Origin: a bacterium
GTDB taxonomy: Bacteria > Margulisbacteria > Marinamargulisbacteria > JABGVJ01
Direction of reading: 5' to 3'
DNA length: 64,000 nucleotides
Assembly: GCA_018646105.1 (NCBI GenBank)
Contig: JABGVJ010000109.1
Coordinates: forward strand, 5,123-69,122
Positions 19,454-30,596 of the stretch are shown here, one piece after another. The notes under the pieces were generated by a model, which was given only the letters and a program-made list of their open reading frames with translations, was not told the origin of the DNA and ran no database searches. Positions within the stretch are counted from its first letter, which is position 1, and each line of letters starts with the position of its first letter. The position numbers and the translations under genes are program-made.

Positions 19454-22251
19454 AGAGGCAAAACCCCGCACATGGTCCTAAAATCACAATACTGACAATG
19501 AGACAGCACATCGGTTTGTTTGAAAGGGATTTTTGAATTAAAAAGCTCTTTAAAAATTTCATGTAAATACGCTTCAAATAACGGTATATGCGCCGCGGAC
19601 AGCGATGTTTCCTTGGCCAGACGCAAGGATTGATAGCCTTTAGACCCTTCGGCAAAACTATAAATACAAAGGTTCACACGTGGAGTAGCGGGAGTATTTT
19701 GCCAATAAAGATAAAAATAACATAATAGTTGAAAGGCTTCGCGCAAAAAGCGTGGTCCCTTGGATAAATCAGCTAAATCTTTTAAAGCTAAAGAAGAAAT
19801 GTTCCCTGTTTTATAATCTATAATACGGGTCACCTCTTGAGAGCCCAGAGCATACTGGTCTATACGATCAATAGTGCCTTTGAAATTAAGCGAAAAAGCA
19901 AAGCCAGGCACAGAAATAGTCGTATGATAGGCTTTTTCCAGATTTTTAAGGAGAACTTCTTGTCTAGATTCAAATTTAAAAAACTTATTTAAAAGTATTT
20001 TAATAGTTTCAATATTAAGAAGATTTTTACCTTTATGTAAATATTCAGCCGGCAAATTTTTGATCTCTGCCAAGTATGCTGAGTGGATCGCCCGGGAGAG
20101 CATCTTTTCCCAGTCCACGTCTGTATTTTTTTGATTAAGGTATGGCTCATATAGTTTTCTTAAAACCTGGTGCATAATATTGCCAAAGGCAGCCGGTTCT
20201 AATTCTTCTTGAACAGCAAGTGGTTTTTCTGTTTTTAAAATATCCTGAAAGTAAAATTTTAAAGGACAAGTCAAATATCGGGCCAAGCTGCTAGGTGAAT
20301 AGGTTTTTTGTTGTAATCTTTGTAAAACAGCTGAATCCTTGGCTATGACTATAGGTTTAGTTTGTGGTTTGTGGATAGACAAAGTAATTTTCTCCTGAAT
20401 AATTTCTACACGCGGATTCTTGGTCTGATACTCGATTAAAAGTTGTTCCAAAAAGCGGCTTTTTTCCGTGCTAGCCTGATCACTCAATTTATTACAGTAA
20501 AAAATAGTGACTTCTGAAGCGCGTTTTAAAAGACGATAAAAATTATAGGCGTATAAAGCAGAAAACTCATGGATAGTAGGTAAATCACAGCTTTTTTTTA
20601 TTTCATAAGGAATAAAAGAATGTGGCGGCTTCGGATTTGGTAAAAAGCCTTCATTAGCGGACAAAATAAAAAGATGCTCAAAATCTAAAACACGAGCTTC
20701 TAAAAAACCCATTACCTGAAACCCTTTTAAAGGTTCGCCGCTAAAAGGAAGGGTGAAGCCGGCTAAAATTTCTTTTAATAATTGTGCGAAAATACCATGA
20801 TTTAATTGGATTTGATAATGAGAGATAAGATCCTTGAGTCTTCTGATCAAAGTATAAAAATGATAAATTATTTCTAGATTCAAATCTTTTTTTTGGGTTT
20901 GGCTAGGCATCGAATTTTTAATTTCTATAAAAAGATATTCAAAAAGATCTAAAAAATCAGAAGTGGTCTCTGGTAGAGCAAAAAGCTTTTTAAGAAAATC
21001 GCTATCTTGACCGAGAGTTTTGAGAGGCACATAAATTTGACGGTACTTTTTAATGTTTGCGACCAAAAGATTAATATATTCGTGATCAATGTGTTGTATA
21101 TACAAATGCTGCAACACTGCTAGTACGTCCTGATAATAATATTTTTGTTTTAATTTTAGACGCTGCCTATTGATATGCATATCTAATATTGCTGTCAGCA
21201 GCCCATATAAAGGCGTGCTTTGTAAGCTATAGCCCATAGTAACGTTAACACTAGGAATTTGTGATGGTAAAGAATATAAAAGCGGAAACACTAATTTTTC
21301 ATCGGCTAAAATTACAGCGCTATTTTCTAAAAAAGTTTCTTTATCAGCTTTAGTTTTAGGCGTAAGTATTTGGTCTAGCTGATCACCAAAGATTTTTACT
21401 TGGGCTATTTTCTGAGTAGTTTCAATGATCCTTATTTTTTTAGAACTAGTACTAAGCACGTCATCAACCCATTTTATTTCTGAGGTGTATGGGGCAAACT
21501 GTTTTTGATATTTTCTAAAAAAGAAACCAGCTTCTTGGTTGGGATCATCAACGAAATATTTATCCATATCCCAATAAATCTCTGCCTGTCCTTGTTTGCA
21601 AAAATACTGAAAAATTTGCACTTCCGCCTTGGTCAAAGCATTAAAACCAGCAAAAATAATTTTTGGCCATTGTTGTGTTTTGGCAGCCTGGTATTGAGCA
21701 CAATGCTCAGCGACATCACGAAAAATAAGGCCGAGATATGCTTTTTTCGAATCCAATAAATTAGTTTGTAGCTTTTCGTATATACAACCCAGTTTAACCC
21801 AGTATTTTAAAAACTCGTCTTTATATTTGGAAGGATGGTCTTCCAAATCAGAGGCTTCAATGGTTTGGAATTCTTTTAAAGCCTGAAAAATCCGGGCTGG
21901 ATCAGCCAAATGTTTATCAATCTCTTCAAAATCGGATAAGATCATTTTCCCAAAGGAATAAAACTGAGCAAACGGTTTGGCTTGCTTAGCGAATACTTGT
22001 TGATACACCTGATAAAGCTCAAAAACAAGTTCTAAAGGATCAATTGGGTTAAGATCAGACAGATATGTAATGAAATCGGAAATAGCAAAAATTTCCGGTA
22101 AAAAAACAGGGCGTTTGATTTTGGGGTTTTGTTGGAAATATTTTTGAAAAAACAAACCAGCTCTTCGATTTGGGAAAACTATGACCAGATCAGAAATCTT
22201 GGTTCCGTGTTTCTCTAAAAGATCATCTAATAATTTTTCAATAAAAGTCAT
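19450..22251 (-). CDS. AddB-like PD-(D/E)XK nuclease subunit of helicase-nuclease complex
   Basis: 933 aa, C-terminal Cys cluster (CQYCDFRTMC) typical of AddB-type Fe-S nuclease domain; co-oriented immediately downstream of UvrD-like helicase. Confidence 0.6.
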   Translation of the reverse strand: MTFIEKLLDDLLEKHGTKISDLVIVFPNRRAGLFFQKYFQQNPKIKRPVFLPEIFAISDFITYLSDLNPIDPLELVFELYQVYQQVFAKQAKPFAQFYSFGKMILSDFEEIDKHLADPARIFQALKEFQTIEASDLEDHPSKYKDEFLKYWVKLGCIYEKLQTNLLDSKKAYLGLIFRDVAEHCAQYQAAKTQQWPKIIFAGFNALTKAEVQIFQYFCKQGQAEIYWDMDKYFVDDPNQEAGFFFRKYQKQFAPYTSEIKWVDDVLSTSSKKIRIIETTQKIAQVKIFGDQLDQILTPKTKADKETFLENSAVILADEKLVFPLLYSLPSQIPSVNVTMGYSLQSTPLYGLLTAILDMHINRQRLKLKQKYYYQDVLAVLQHLYIQHIDHEYINLLVANIKKYRQIYVPLKTLGQDSDFLKKLFALPETTSDFLDLFEYLFIEIKNSMPSQTQKKDLNLEIIYHFYTLIRRLKDLISHYQIQLNHGIFAQLLKEILAGFTLPFSGEPLKGFQVMGFLEARVLDFEHLFILSANEGFLPNPKPPHSFIPYEIKKSCDLPTIHEFSALYAYNFYRLLKRASEVTIFYCNKLSDQASTEKSRFLEQLLIEYQTKNPRVEIIQEKITLSIHKPQTKPIVIAKDSAVLQRLQQKTYSPSSLARYLTCPLKFYFQDILKTEKPLAVQEELEPAAFGNIMHQVLRKLYEPYLNQKNTDVDWEKMLSRAIHSAYLAEIKNLPAEYLHKGKNLLNIETIKILLNKFFKFESRQEVLLKNLEKAYHTTISVPGFAFSLNFKGTIDRIDQYALGSQEVTRIIDYKTGNISSLALKDLADLSKGPRFLREAFQLLCYFYLYWQNTPATPRVNLCIYSFAEGSKGYQSLRLAKETSLSAAHIPLFEAYLHEIFKELFNSKIPFKQTDVLSHCQYCDFRTMCGVLPL

Positions 22252-22252
22252 T

Positions 22253-25200
22253 TTAAACTCTTTCTATTTTTTCAGTTTCAAAATACAACAAATAGGTTTG
22301 GGTTTGATAGCCCATTTGCTCTAATGCCTGCTGATATAAACGTAATTGTTTTTGATGCGCTTTTTGCGGTTCGCCGGTTTTGTAATCAATAATAATAGCT
22401 TGCTGATCTTGAAAAATAATTCTATCCGGACGTAACAACCCGGAATCGGTCAGCATGGTGGCTTCGGTTTTAATCTGATATTTTTCGGAAAACCAATCTG
22501 TAACTGTACCAGTTGCGGTTGGTAATTGAAAAAGACGCTCAATTTTTGCTTTTAGGGCGGGGATGTCTGTCTTTAAAATATGACCTTTGCCGATAAGATC
22601 AAACAAGGCTTTGTCCAAATCAGAGGCGTATTTAATTTGAGAAAAAAGCTGGTGAATAATAAGGCCCCATTCCAGACGAGATCCTTGGTTTAAAGACGTC
22701 TCCGTCAAATCCCAAATTTCAGCAGCTTTTTGTTTGATAGTAAGTTTTGCTTGCCAGTTGGCAGATAAATAATGTTCACAAAACTGATATTCTTGTTTTG
22801 ACTCGGCAGCGGTTTTAAGCGTCTTTTGCCCCAAACTGTAAATAAATCTAGAAAACACAGAGGAAGATGTTACATCTCCCTTTTTTTCCTGGCAAACGAA
22901 TTGAGATGAAAGGTCAGAAACTGTCTTTTGTAGGATATACGAAATATCTAGACTGTTTTGTTTTTTAGAAGAATCCAGTTTACTGATCACATAAAGTTGG
23001 GTTTTGGCACGCGTAAAAGCCACATACAAAAGATTAAGATTGTCTAAAAAGGTCAATTCTTGTTCTTGTGCAAACTGAGTAGAAAAAGCTGATTGAGCTA
23101 AATTAGCGTTCTGCGTAATTAAAAACCGGGTGTTCTCCGGAGAGCTAAAATCCTGAGAATCGGTTTGGTTTAGTGAAGTCCATCCTATACTATCTCTTTT
23201 AGGTCTAGTATCCCAAAAAGTAAAAGGCATAATCACGGTAGAGAATTCTAGTCCTTTAGCTTGATGAATAGTCATGATTTTGAGGCTGTTTTGGTCTTCG
23301 GGTAAAGTCACGGCAAATTTATGAGCATTGTCTGTCCACCAATTTAAAAAGGCGGGAATAGTATCTTGGTTTTTATGAGAAAAATCTAAAATAATTTCCA
23401 GAAAATTTTGTAAAAAACCTAAAAAACCCGGAACCTGGTGTAGCTCAAAAATACGGATGATTTCTTCTACACACTGATATAAAGGTAGTTTCTGTAAAGA
23501 AATTTTGGTTTCAAAAAAACCGTTGGGCAAATATGAGGTTAAATCAGTAGAAGCGATAGGCGTTTTCAGATGAATAAAATCTTGTAAACAATTTAGCGAT
23601 TTTTTTTGAACATATGTTTGATAAAAATAGGCAATTTGGAATAAGTAAAAAGGTTGCGCATCATTAAAATATTGTAAAACCTGTAAAAGAAAATTAATGA
23701 CCGGAGAGTTTTGCAATAATAAAGAGTCAGGAGACACAAAAGGAATCTGATTTTCAAATAATTTGTCAGCAATCAAGGCGCCCTCACTATTTTTACGAAC
23801 TAAAATAGCTATTTCTCCATACGTATATCCCGCCTCTTTACATTCCTGAATTATTTCTAAGGTACGTTGGCAAGCGTATTCTGTAAAATGGGGAGGATCT
23901 ACATCTTCCGAAACTGCCAAATCATTAAATTCCAGATAAACATAGCCGCCTTTAGCCTGCGGCAAAGGTTTTTGTTCCAAATGCTGATAGACTTGATGCG
24001 ATAAAGTTTGGGGAGGCAAATATTTCTCTGCTACTTCTTGAAAAAAAAGATTATTGAAATGCACAATATTTTGCTGGCTACGATAATTATTTTGCAGATT
24101 AAAGGTTTCCAAAGAAGTCCCAATCCCGGCTAATTTAGCGCCTAGATCTTGTTCCATAATGGCGATATCGGAACCACGCCAACGATAAATAGATTGTTTG
24201 GCATCACCAACTGCTAAATTGCAATATCCATTAGCCAGAGAATTTTCAATTAAAGGCCAAAGGTTTCTCCACTGCAAATCTGAAGTATCCTGAAATTCAT
24301 CTAAAAGGTAATTTTGGTATTTCTCCCCTACCCTAAAATAAATAAAAGGAATACTTTCATTATCAATTAAGTCAGCTACCAATAAATTAAAATCTGCGAT
24401 AGGAATCAGATTATTATCTTTTTTGTATTTGACAAGAACTTCTTCCAAACTTTGTAAAAGGGCCATAGTATAAATGGTCTTTAAAATAAGCTCAGAAGTG
24501 ATGGCATGCGTATAGTTTTGTTCTTCATAAGCAATGATTTCCTGGCGTAAGTTATCCAAAGTTTCGCCTACAACCTGGTCTATACGCGCTTTCAGTTCAG
24601 GCGTTTGTTTTTGGCTATACCAAGTTATATGACCGGATTCATTAGGATAAAAACGTTTTGGGGTTTTCAAGTCTTTTACAGGTAGATGTGCACGCGTTAT
24701 TTTGGAAAAATAACCGGCAAGTCCGCTTTTATCATAAGCAAAATCCTTGGTTTGGAGGTCTGCTGCCTGGATTTTAGTACATGCCAAAATTCCTTTTTGT
24801 TGCATAAATTCCTGGTAACTCTGCACGGTTTTTCTGAGTTCAGGGATCAAGCGTTTAAAATCCAATTTATATAATGCTTTGATCTGATCTGAGTTGGAAG
24901 CTTTAAAGATTTCGTGACCAATTTTGTAAAGGTCGTTGATAATTTTAAAGGATTTGTTTTCGCTTATTTTATAATCTATAAAATTATGAATAATTTCGGT
25001 AACATACGGATCCTCCCCTACTTTGTCCAAAAGTATAGCTACGGTTTTTTCTAACATTTTTTGAGCGTCCATATCCACTTCAAAACTAAGCGATAAATTT
25101 AGATCAAAAGCAAAACTACGCACAATTTTATAAATAAAACTATCAATGGTCATAATAGCAAAATCATTATAATTATGAAGAATTTTAGTTAAAATTTGTT

Positions 25201-25456
25201 GGCTGCTACGCGCAATATTTAAGTTTGGGTAAAAACCCTGCAATTCGCGCGCCAAATCAGGCATTTGGTTTTGAGACAACGCTTTTAAAAACAGCAAAAT
25301 ACGCTCTTTCATTTCTGCGGCGGCTTTATTGGTAAAAGTGATGGCTAGGATAGATTTGAACTGTTCCGGGTTTTGCAAAGCGATTTTTAGATATTCCGTA
25401 ACTAACGTATATGTTTTACCGGAACCAGCGGAAGCTTTATATAGTTTAAAAGGCAT
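22253..25456 (-). CDS. AddA/UvrD-like ATP-dependent helicase
   Basis: N-terminal Walker A YKASAGSGKTYTL; UvrD/Rep motifs (ILAITFTNKAA). Confidence 0.7.
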   Translation of the reverse strand: MPFKLYKASAGSGKTYTLVTEYLKIALQNPEQFKSILAITFTNKAAAEMKERILLFLKALSQNQMPDLARELQGFYPNLNIARSSQQILTKILHNYNDFAIMTIDSFIYKIVRSFAFDLNLSLSFEVDMDAQKMLEKTVAILLDKVGEDPYVTEIIHNFIDYKISENKSFKIINDLYKIGHEIFKASNSDQIKALYKLDFKRLIPELRKTVQSYQEFMQQKGILACTKIQAADLQTKDFAYDKSGLAGYFSKITRAHLPVKDLKTPKRFYPNESGHITWYSQKQTPELKARIDQVVGETLDNLRQEIIAYEEQNYTHAITSELILKTIYTMALLQSLEEVLVKYKKDNNLIPIADFNLLVADLIDNESIPFIYFRVGEKYQNYLLDEFQDTSDLQWRNLWPLIENSLANGYCNLAVGDAKQSIYRWRGSDIAIMEQDLGAKLAGIGTSLETFNLQNNYRSQQNIVHFNNLFFQEVAEKYLPPQTLSHQVYQHLEQKPLPQAKGGYVYLEFNDLAVSEDVDPPHFTEYACQRTLEIIQECKEAGYTYGEIAILVRKNSEGALIADKLFENQIPFVSPDSLLLQNSPVINFLLQVLQYFNDAQPFYLFQIAYFYQTYVQKKSLNCLQDFIHLKTPIASTDLTSYLPNGFFETKISLQKLPLYQCVEEIIRIFELHQVPGFLGFLQNFLEIILDFSHKNQDTIPAFLNWWTDNAHKFAVTLPEDQNSLKIMTIHQAKGLEFSTVIMPFTFWDTRPKRDSIGWTSLNQTDSQDFSSPENTRFLITQNANLAQSAFSTQFAQEQELTFLDNLNLLYVAFTRAKTQLYVISKLDSSKKQNSLDISYILQKTVSDLSSQFVCQEKKGDVTSSSVFSRFIYSLGQKTLKTAAESKQEYQFCEHYLSANWQAKLTIKQKAAEIWDLTETSLNQGSRLEWGLIIHQLFSQIKYASDLDKALFDLIGKGHILKTDIPALKAKIERLFQLPTATGTVTDWFSEKYQIKTEATMLTDSGLLRPDRIIFQDQQAIIIDYKTGEPQKAHQKQLRLYQQALEQMGYQTQTYLLYFETEKIERV

Positions 25457-25652
25457 TGATAATATCCTTCTGTTTTTTTAAGTAAAAATATTATACCAAA
25501 AAAGCTAAAGCCTTCCCACGTTCCGGGGGTAGCACAAAGACTTACGTCTTTGCTATCTCATCAAAAAAAAAGTTAGTTGGTATTTTAATTTCAATGTACC
25601 AAGGGGTAATAACCACTCAACTTTTAGCTAAAATTAAGCTAAAATAATAAAT

Positions 25653-27266
25653 ATGTTAAACAATATTTTTCAAAAAATGATATGGGTGATTTTGGCGGTG
25701 TTTTTAGGCGTGAGTTTGATGACTTTGTGGCAGGCACCGCTACTGCCGGACGATGCCTCCATATATGCTTTAATTATTAAAAACTTTGCGATTTATGGAC
25801 AATGGAGCGCGCAATTCATAACGCCTGGTGATTTCAGCTCGTTTATTGATAAACCTTTGCTAGGGATCTGGTTAATGGGTTTTATACCGAAACTTATGGG
25901 CATATCTGAACTCTCGGTACATATACCTAATTTTGTATATTATTTGGTAATGCTTTTATTGGCTTATCTGGTGATTGGTCGTTTGGCTAATAAACAAATC
26001 GCTTTCTATACCACGTTAGTAATGGCTACGAGCCTTAATTTGATAATTTTTGTACGCACGCCTAAACTGGAAATTATTTTTGCCTTATTTACGTTTATGG
26101 CAAACATGGCTTTATACGCTTATTTGAAAAAAAATAAAGTAGCATATATGTATCTCCTGGCTATTATTTTGGGTTTGGGATTTTTAGTTAAAAGTGGTTT
26201 AATCTTGGTTTTAACAGGTTTAAATATAATTTTGATTATGATGGTCCATAAAAATAGCCGTGACCAAATATGGGGTCTCATGAAAACTCGGCATTTCTGG
26301 GGTACTGGTTTGATATTTCTAGGTATCGTAGGGGGAGTTTTGGGATGGCAGTATGGAAGTTTGGAAAATTATGGGGCCGCTTATCTGAGAAGCTTGGTAT
26401 GGGAAAGTAAATACAATATTGGGTACTTGGGACTGACTTTTAATCTGAATGCTGTGGGATTTTTACTTTTAACTATTTTTCCTTGGACGGCCTTATTTTT
26501 ATCTGAGTTACGGATAAACTTTAAAAAAATCTATACCCCAAACCTAAGTTTATTTAATTTTTGTAAACTCTGGTTTTTAAGTACTTTTGTTTTTTTTCTA
26601 TTGTTTTACAAACAAACTGATTTGAGAAATTTTGTAGTTTTGGTACCTCCTCTAGCCATAATCGGCGGTACCAAAATCATTTTGAGTCAATTTTTGAAAA
26701 AAGCGCGGCCAATGCTGGTGATCCTAAACAATGTTTTGCTCACGCTTTTCACTTTGGCGGCAGTGCTTTTTTTACTGAACCCGGCAAACTTGGAAAATAT
26801 CGATAAATTTTTCTTGAAACTCGTGCTAGCTTTATTTATCTTGGCGCTTTTTTCTTTGGGTAATTTTTATAAAAAACCGTTGCCAAGAAAATTTTTATTA
26901 TCTTTTATAACGGTATGTGTCGCATATACAGCTTTATTCTATTTTGCGCCACCGTTAATCAAATCATCTAACCCTAACCTAAAATGGCCTCAAATAATTA
27001 AGCAATACCAAACGCAAGGTTACAAATTTTACATTTATCGACCACAAGACAGAAACCTATATATGAGCACGGATTTGAGTTATACGGATTTTATAGCAGG
27101 GCCTGCGGATAAATATTTCTGGGAAAAAGACGCGCTTTTAAACGTGCTGGCTACGGAAAATAAAGTCCTGGTTTTAAGTGAAAGTAAAAGCTGGGAAAAG
27201 CTAGGGCTTAATAATTATCAATCCGTAGCACAAGACCAGGAAGCAAGTATTTTTGTCCTAAACTAA
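25653..27266 (+). CDS. Glycosyltransferase family 39 (ArnT/PMT-like) polytopic membrane protein
   Basis: ~12 TM helices, 537 aa, GT-C-like N-terminal loop with DD-like acidic motif. Confidence 0.55.
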   Translation: MLNNIFQKMIWVILAVFLGVSLMTLWQAPLLPDDASIYALIIKNFAIYGQWSAQFITPGDFSSFIDKPLLGIWLMGFIPKLMGISELSVHIPNFVYYLVMLLLAYLVIGRLANKQIAFYTTLVMATSLNLIIFVRTPKLEIIFALFTFMANMALYAYLKKNKVAYMYLLAIILGLGFLVKSGLILVLTGLNIILIMMVHKNSRDQIWGLMKTRHFWGTGLIFLGIVGGVLGWQYGSLENYGAAYLRSLVWESKYNIGYLGLTFNLNAVGFLLLTIFPWTALFLSELRINFKKIYTPNLSLFNFCKLWFLSTFVFFLLFYKQTDLRNFVVLVPPLAIIGGTKIILSQFLKKARPMLVILNNVLLTLFTLAAVLFLLNPANLENIDKFFLKLVLALFILALFSLGNFYKKPLPRKFLLSFITVCVAYTALFYFAPPLIKSSNPNLKWPQIIKQYQTQGYKFYIYRPQDRNLYMSTDLSYTDFIAGPADKYFWEKDALLNVLATENKVLVLSESKSWEKLGLNNYQSVAQDQEASIFVLN

Positions 27267-28637
27267 AGTTAAACAAGCAACCGTCTCAACATGCACGGTT
27301 TGTGGAAACATGTCCACGGGCTGGACATGGGTTAAAGTATAATAATCCTGACAAAGAATTTTCAAGTCCCGAGCCAAAGTTGCGGGATCACAAGATACAT
27401 AAATGATTTTGCGAGGTTTTACTTTGGTCAAAACTTCTAATAAAACTTTTTCGCAACCTTTGCGAGGTGGGTTCAAAACCACCAAATCTGCTTGAAAATC
27501 TTTTTTTTGAGATTCTTGTAAAAAGATTTCTTCGGCTTTACCAACCAAAAAATGTGCGTTTTTTATTTTATTTAATTTGGCATTTTCTTGAGCATCTTTA
27601 ATAGCATCGGGCACAATTTCAATACCATAAACTTTACCGCTACTAGGCGTCACAAGATGGGCTGCCAAATAAAGTGCTATAGTGCCAATACCGCAATAAA
27701 GATCCCAAACAGTTTCGGAACCATCTAGTTCGGCAAAATCTAAAACTTTCTGATAGAGTTTTTCTACTTGTACCGGATTAACTTGGAAAAAGGATAACGG
27801 CGAGATTTTGAATTTGAGACCAGCCATATGTTCCTGAATATATGGTGATCCTTGCAATACTTTGCTGGTAGTTCCTAAAACATTGTTACCTGACGCTAAA
27901 TTATAATTTAAAACCAGGCTTTGGACTTGAGGTAAATCTTTGAAAACAGCGATCAGCTCCTGATCATATGTAAATTCCAAGGAATTTAAAACCAAACAAA
28001 CCATGAGTTCCTGGGTATTGAACCCGACTCTCACGACTAAATAACGAAACAGGCCGGTCTGTTTTTTTTCATCATAAATACTGATTTGAGTTTGTGCTAC
28101 AAAATCCCTGATACGCTTGATAACTTGATTGATGAGCGGATGCATAATAAGGCAGCTAGGCGTATCAACAACCTCATGGGATCTCAAAGTATATAATCCG
28201 GTTTGAAACTGCTGATCTTTGTAATCTACGGCAAATTGAGCTTTATTACGATAATGATATGGTTCGGACATGTCCAAAATAGGGTTGATAGCTAAATCCT
28301 GAAAACCGCCAATTCTAGTTAAATTATCCTTAATCTTTTTTTCTTTGAATCTTAGTTGAGCGCTATAGTCTAAATGCTGTAGCTGGCATCCACCGCATTT
28401 CGGGCTGAGCTCACATTTTGGGACTACTCTATCTGGCGACGGTTTAATAATTTTAATTAATTTAGCAAAACCATAGTTTTTTTTGACTTTAATGATTTTT
28501 ATTTCCAGCTTATCACCAGGAACCCCGCCGTTAATAAACACGGTGAAAGTATCAATTTTGCCAATACCCTCTCCTTTGGTACCGAAATCTATAATATTGA
28601 TAGTAAAATATTGATTTTTTGTAATTTCTAAAAACAT
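27258..28637 (-). CDS. rlmD: 23S rRNA (uracil-5)-methyltransferase RlmD/RumA (TRAM + Fe-S + MTase)
   Basis: TRAM N-terminus, CxxxxxxCGGCQLQH cluster, SAM-binding motifs. Confidence 0.8.
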   Translation of the reverse strand: MFLEITKNQYFTINIIDFGTKGEGIGKIDTFTVFINGGVPGDKLEIKIIKVKKNYGFAKLIKIIKPSPDRVVPKCELSPKCGGCQLQHLDYSAQLRFKEKKIKDNLTRIGGFQDLAINPILDMSEPYHYRNKAQFAVDYKDQQFQTGLYTLRSHEVVDTPSCLIMHPLINQVIKRIRDFVAQTQISIYDEKKQTGLFRYLVVRVGFNTQELMVCLVLNSLEFTYDQELIAVFKDLPQVQSLVLNYNLASGNNVLGTTSKVLQGSPYIQEHMAGLKFKISPLSFFQVNPVQVEKLYQKVLDFAELDGSETVWDLYCGIGTIALYLAAHLVTPSSGKVYGIEIVPDAIKDAQENAKLNKIKNAHFLVGKAEEIFLQESQKKDFQADLVVLNPPRKGCEKVLLEVLTKVKPRKIIYVSCDPATLARDLKILCQDYYTLTHVQPVDMFPQTVHVETVACLTLV

Positions 28638-28705
28638 GGTTTTTTTATTATATCATTTTAAATGCTGGGTGTTAGGTACCGAAAATGAAATCTTTTATTT
28701 TTATA

Positions 28706-28730
28706 TACGATAATTATATAGATAAGATAT
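28706..28730 (+). promoter_or_regulatory. Copy 4 of recurring upstream element (TACGATAATTATATAGATAAGATAT)
   Basis: Best consensus copy; contains two GATAA half-sites 12 bp apart. Confidence 0.45.
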
Positions 28731-28765
28731 AAAATATAATTAAAAAAAAAATAAAAGAGAAGAAA

Positions 28766-29579
28766 ATGTTTATGCGTCCCACATTAAGAGCAGTAGCACG
28801 GGCCTTCACATCAACTGAATGCCGGCCCGAACAAGTCAATTTGCAAAATTTTACTAGATTATTCGAAGACGCCCAAGGGGTAGACGCTAAAAAAGAGGTC
28901 GTAACAAGACTTTTAACTCGCCTAGGTAATCCGGAGATTTCCGAGGAAATATTAAGTGATTATTTATCTAATTTGTCGGATCGTAATTTTAGTACATTCC
29001 TAATAGCTTATTGCGATTTTTTTGTTAAAAAAGGAGTTGCGGGAGAGCCTAAAAATAAGTACGCTAGCAACAGCCGCGCACGATGTTTGGGAGAATCTTT
29101 CACCTGCTAAACAAAAGGCCTTAATAGAGGCTCGGGGTGTGGGTATGCTACCTAAGAATCCGCTGCTCCGCACTGCTGACAGCCCTTTATGCCAGGTAGA
29201 TCCGGTGTTTGATCGTCTTTATAAAAACTTTGCTTTAGGTATCACTATTTTTGACTGTCTAAATAAAGTACGCGAACCCAGGGCTGATTTAGCCCAAGTG
29301 TTAAGCACTGCGGTGTCGCGCCTACCTGAACCTGGGCATATACCCGGAATCCTCACAAAAACCTATAAACAAAAACGCTATGAAGCTTTGGTTGTATTCG
29401 GCCACGCTTTAACTAGGCAAGATCTCTTGTTATCTTTGAAGCAAGAAGATATCGATACAGCGGCAACAAAAGTTTTGATTCCTAGACAGAGCGAGATGGC
29501 AATTACGTGTTGTGATACACTAGCAAGCCTTATTGATTATTCAAGGAGACATCCTGGTAGCTCTATACTAATACGCTGA
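28766..29579 (+). pseudogene. Hypothetical gene in two overlapping frames (28766-29110 and 29022-29579), interrupted at T7/A6 homopolymer tract
   Basis: Two ORFs overlap by 89 nt in +1 relationship; tract gattttttttgttaaaaaagg (29016-29033) contains A_AAA_AAG; elevated GC; could be authentic frameshift, sequencing error or slippage-dependent expression. Confidence 0.45.
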
Positions 29580-29616
29580 ACGTAAAGTCAATAACTGAAA
29601 TTTTTTTCGCCCTATT

Positions 29617-29634
29617 CCCGATAAGTATATAGAT
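29617..29634 (+). promoter_or_regulatory. Copy 5 of recurring upstream element (CCGATAAGTATATAGATG)
   Basis: Abuts ATG of 29633 ORF; GATAAG and GATGAT 12 bp apart. Confidence 0.4.
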
Positions 29635-30547
29635 GATAAAAGTTAAGAATAAAAAAAAGAGAAGAAATTTCCGCGCTAAATACAAAGTAATCGCTAAAAA
29701 AACTTCCCTAAATTGTTTTCCTTTTCGTGAAGCACAAAATAAAATTCTAAACGCTTTTCAAACGGCTCAAAAAAAATTAATCGTGCTGGATTATGACGGA
29801 ACTTTAAGGAAGTTTGAAAAAAATCCGGAAGCTGCAAGCCCTGAAAAAAGTTTAAAAGAATTATTAAATAAATTGGCGGCGAAACCTGGGGTGACTTTGG
29901 CTATCGTCAGTGGCCGTAAGCAAGAAGAATTAGAAAAATGGTTTGGACAACCTAATTTTATTTTAATCGGCGATCACGGTACCATGCTAAAACTGCAGGG
30001 AGCTACAACTTGGCGACCTTTAATTAAATATAAAATTTCTGATAGAGAAAATCTATGGGCTGAATTAGAAGGGCACTATGCTCAAATAGCCGGCGCGGTG
30101 CATCCTAAAAGTTTGTATTTTGAACGAAAACGTTTTTCGTTTGGTCTAAATTACAGATATGCTCTACCAACCTTACAAGCCAGATTACAGCAGACATTGT
30201 TTAGCCCACCATTGCAAAAAAAGCTTGTTCAAAGTGGATTGCAAGTCCAAATGGGGGTTTCTGATCTGGAAATTCTCAATAGAGACATGGTTAAAAAGTC
30301 GCATGCTATTAAATATTTAACCCGTTTAGATAAGTATGACTTTGCGTTCATTACAGGAGATGCCTGGACAGATGAAGATATGTTTGAGGCAGCGCCTCGT
30401 GGAGCTCATACGATCAAGTTAGGGCCAGCGCAAGGAGAAGGCAAGCAAACTAAAGCGTCTTGTTTTTTGGAAGCGCCCGAGGATACGAATAATGAAAAAA
30501 AGGTTGTGCAGTTTTTAGATTTTTTAGGAAAGCTATCTACGATTTAA
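29633..30547 (+). CDS. Trehalose-6-phosphate phosphatase-like HAD hydrolase (OtsB-like) with basic N-terminal extension
   Basis: LIVLDYDGTL, AIVSGR, GDAWTDEDMFE motifs. Confidence 0.6.
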   Translation: MIKVKNKKKRRNFRAKYKVIAKKTSLNCFPFREAQNKILNAFQTAQKKLIVLDYDGTLRKFEKNPEAASPEKSLKELLNKLAAKPGVTLAIVSGRKQEELEKWFGQPNFILIGDHGTMLKLQGATTWRPLIKYKISDRENLWAELEGHYAQIAGAVHPKSLYFERKRFSFGLNYRYALPTLQARLQQTLFSPPLQKKLVQSGLQVQMGVSDLEILNRDMVKKSHAIKYLTRLDKYDFAFITGDAWTDEDMFEAAPRGAHTIKLGPAQGEGKQTKASCFLEAPEDTNNEKKVVQFLDFLGKLSTI

Positions 30548-30596
30548 AATACCAGAAACTTTCCATATAAAACAATGCAAGTTTTTTGTTTTATTT

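Noticed and set aside
19440-19655. 71-aa minus-strand ORF at OMP/addB junction
   Set aside because: Lies inside the addB-like coding region in another frame.
25496-25560. GC-rich hairpin (gcacaaagac-ttac-gtctttgc) in addA/GT39 divergent region as another MITE copy
   Set aside because: Does not share the sequence blocks of the 11 kb / 42 kb / 5.5 kb element family; probably an unrelated local hairpin or operator.
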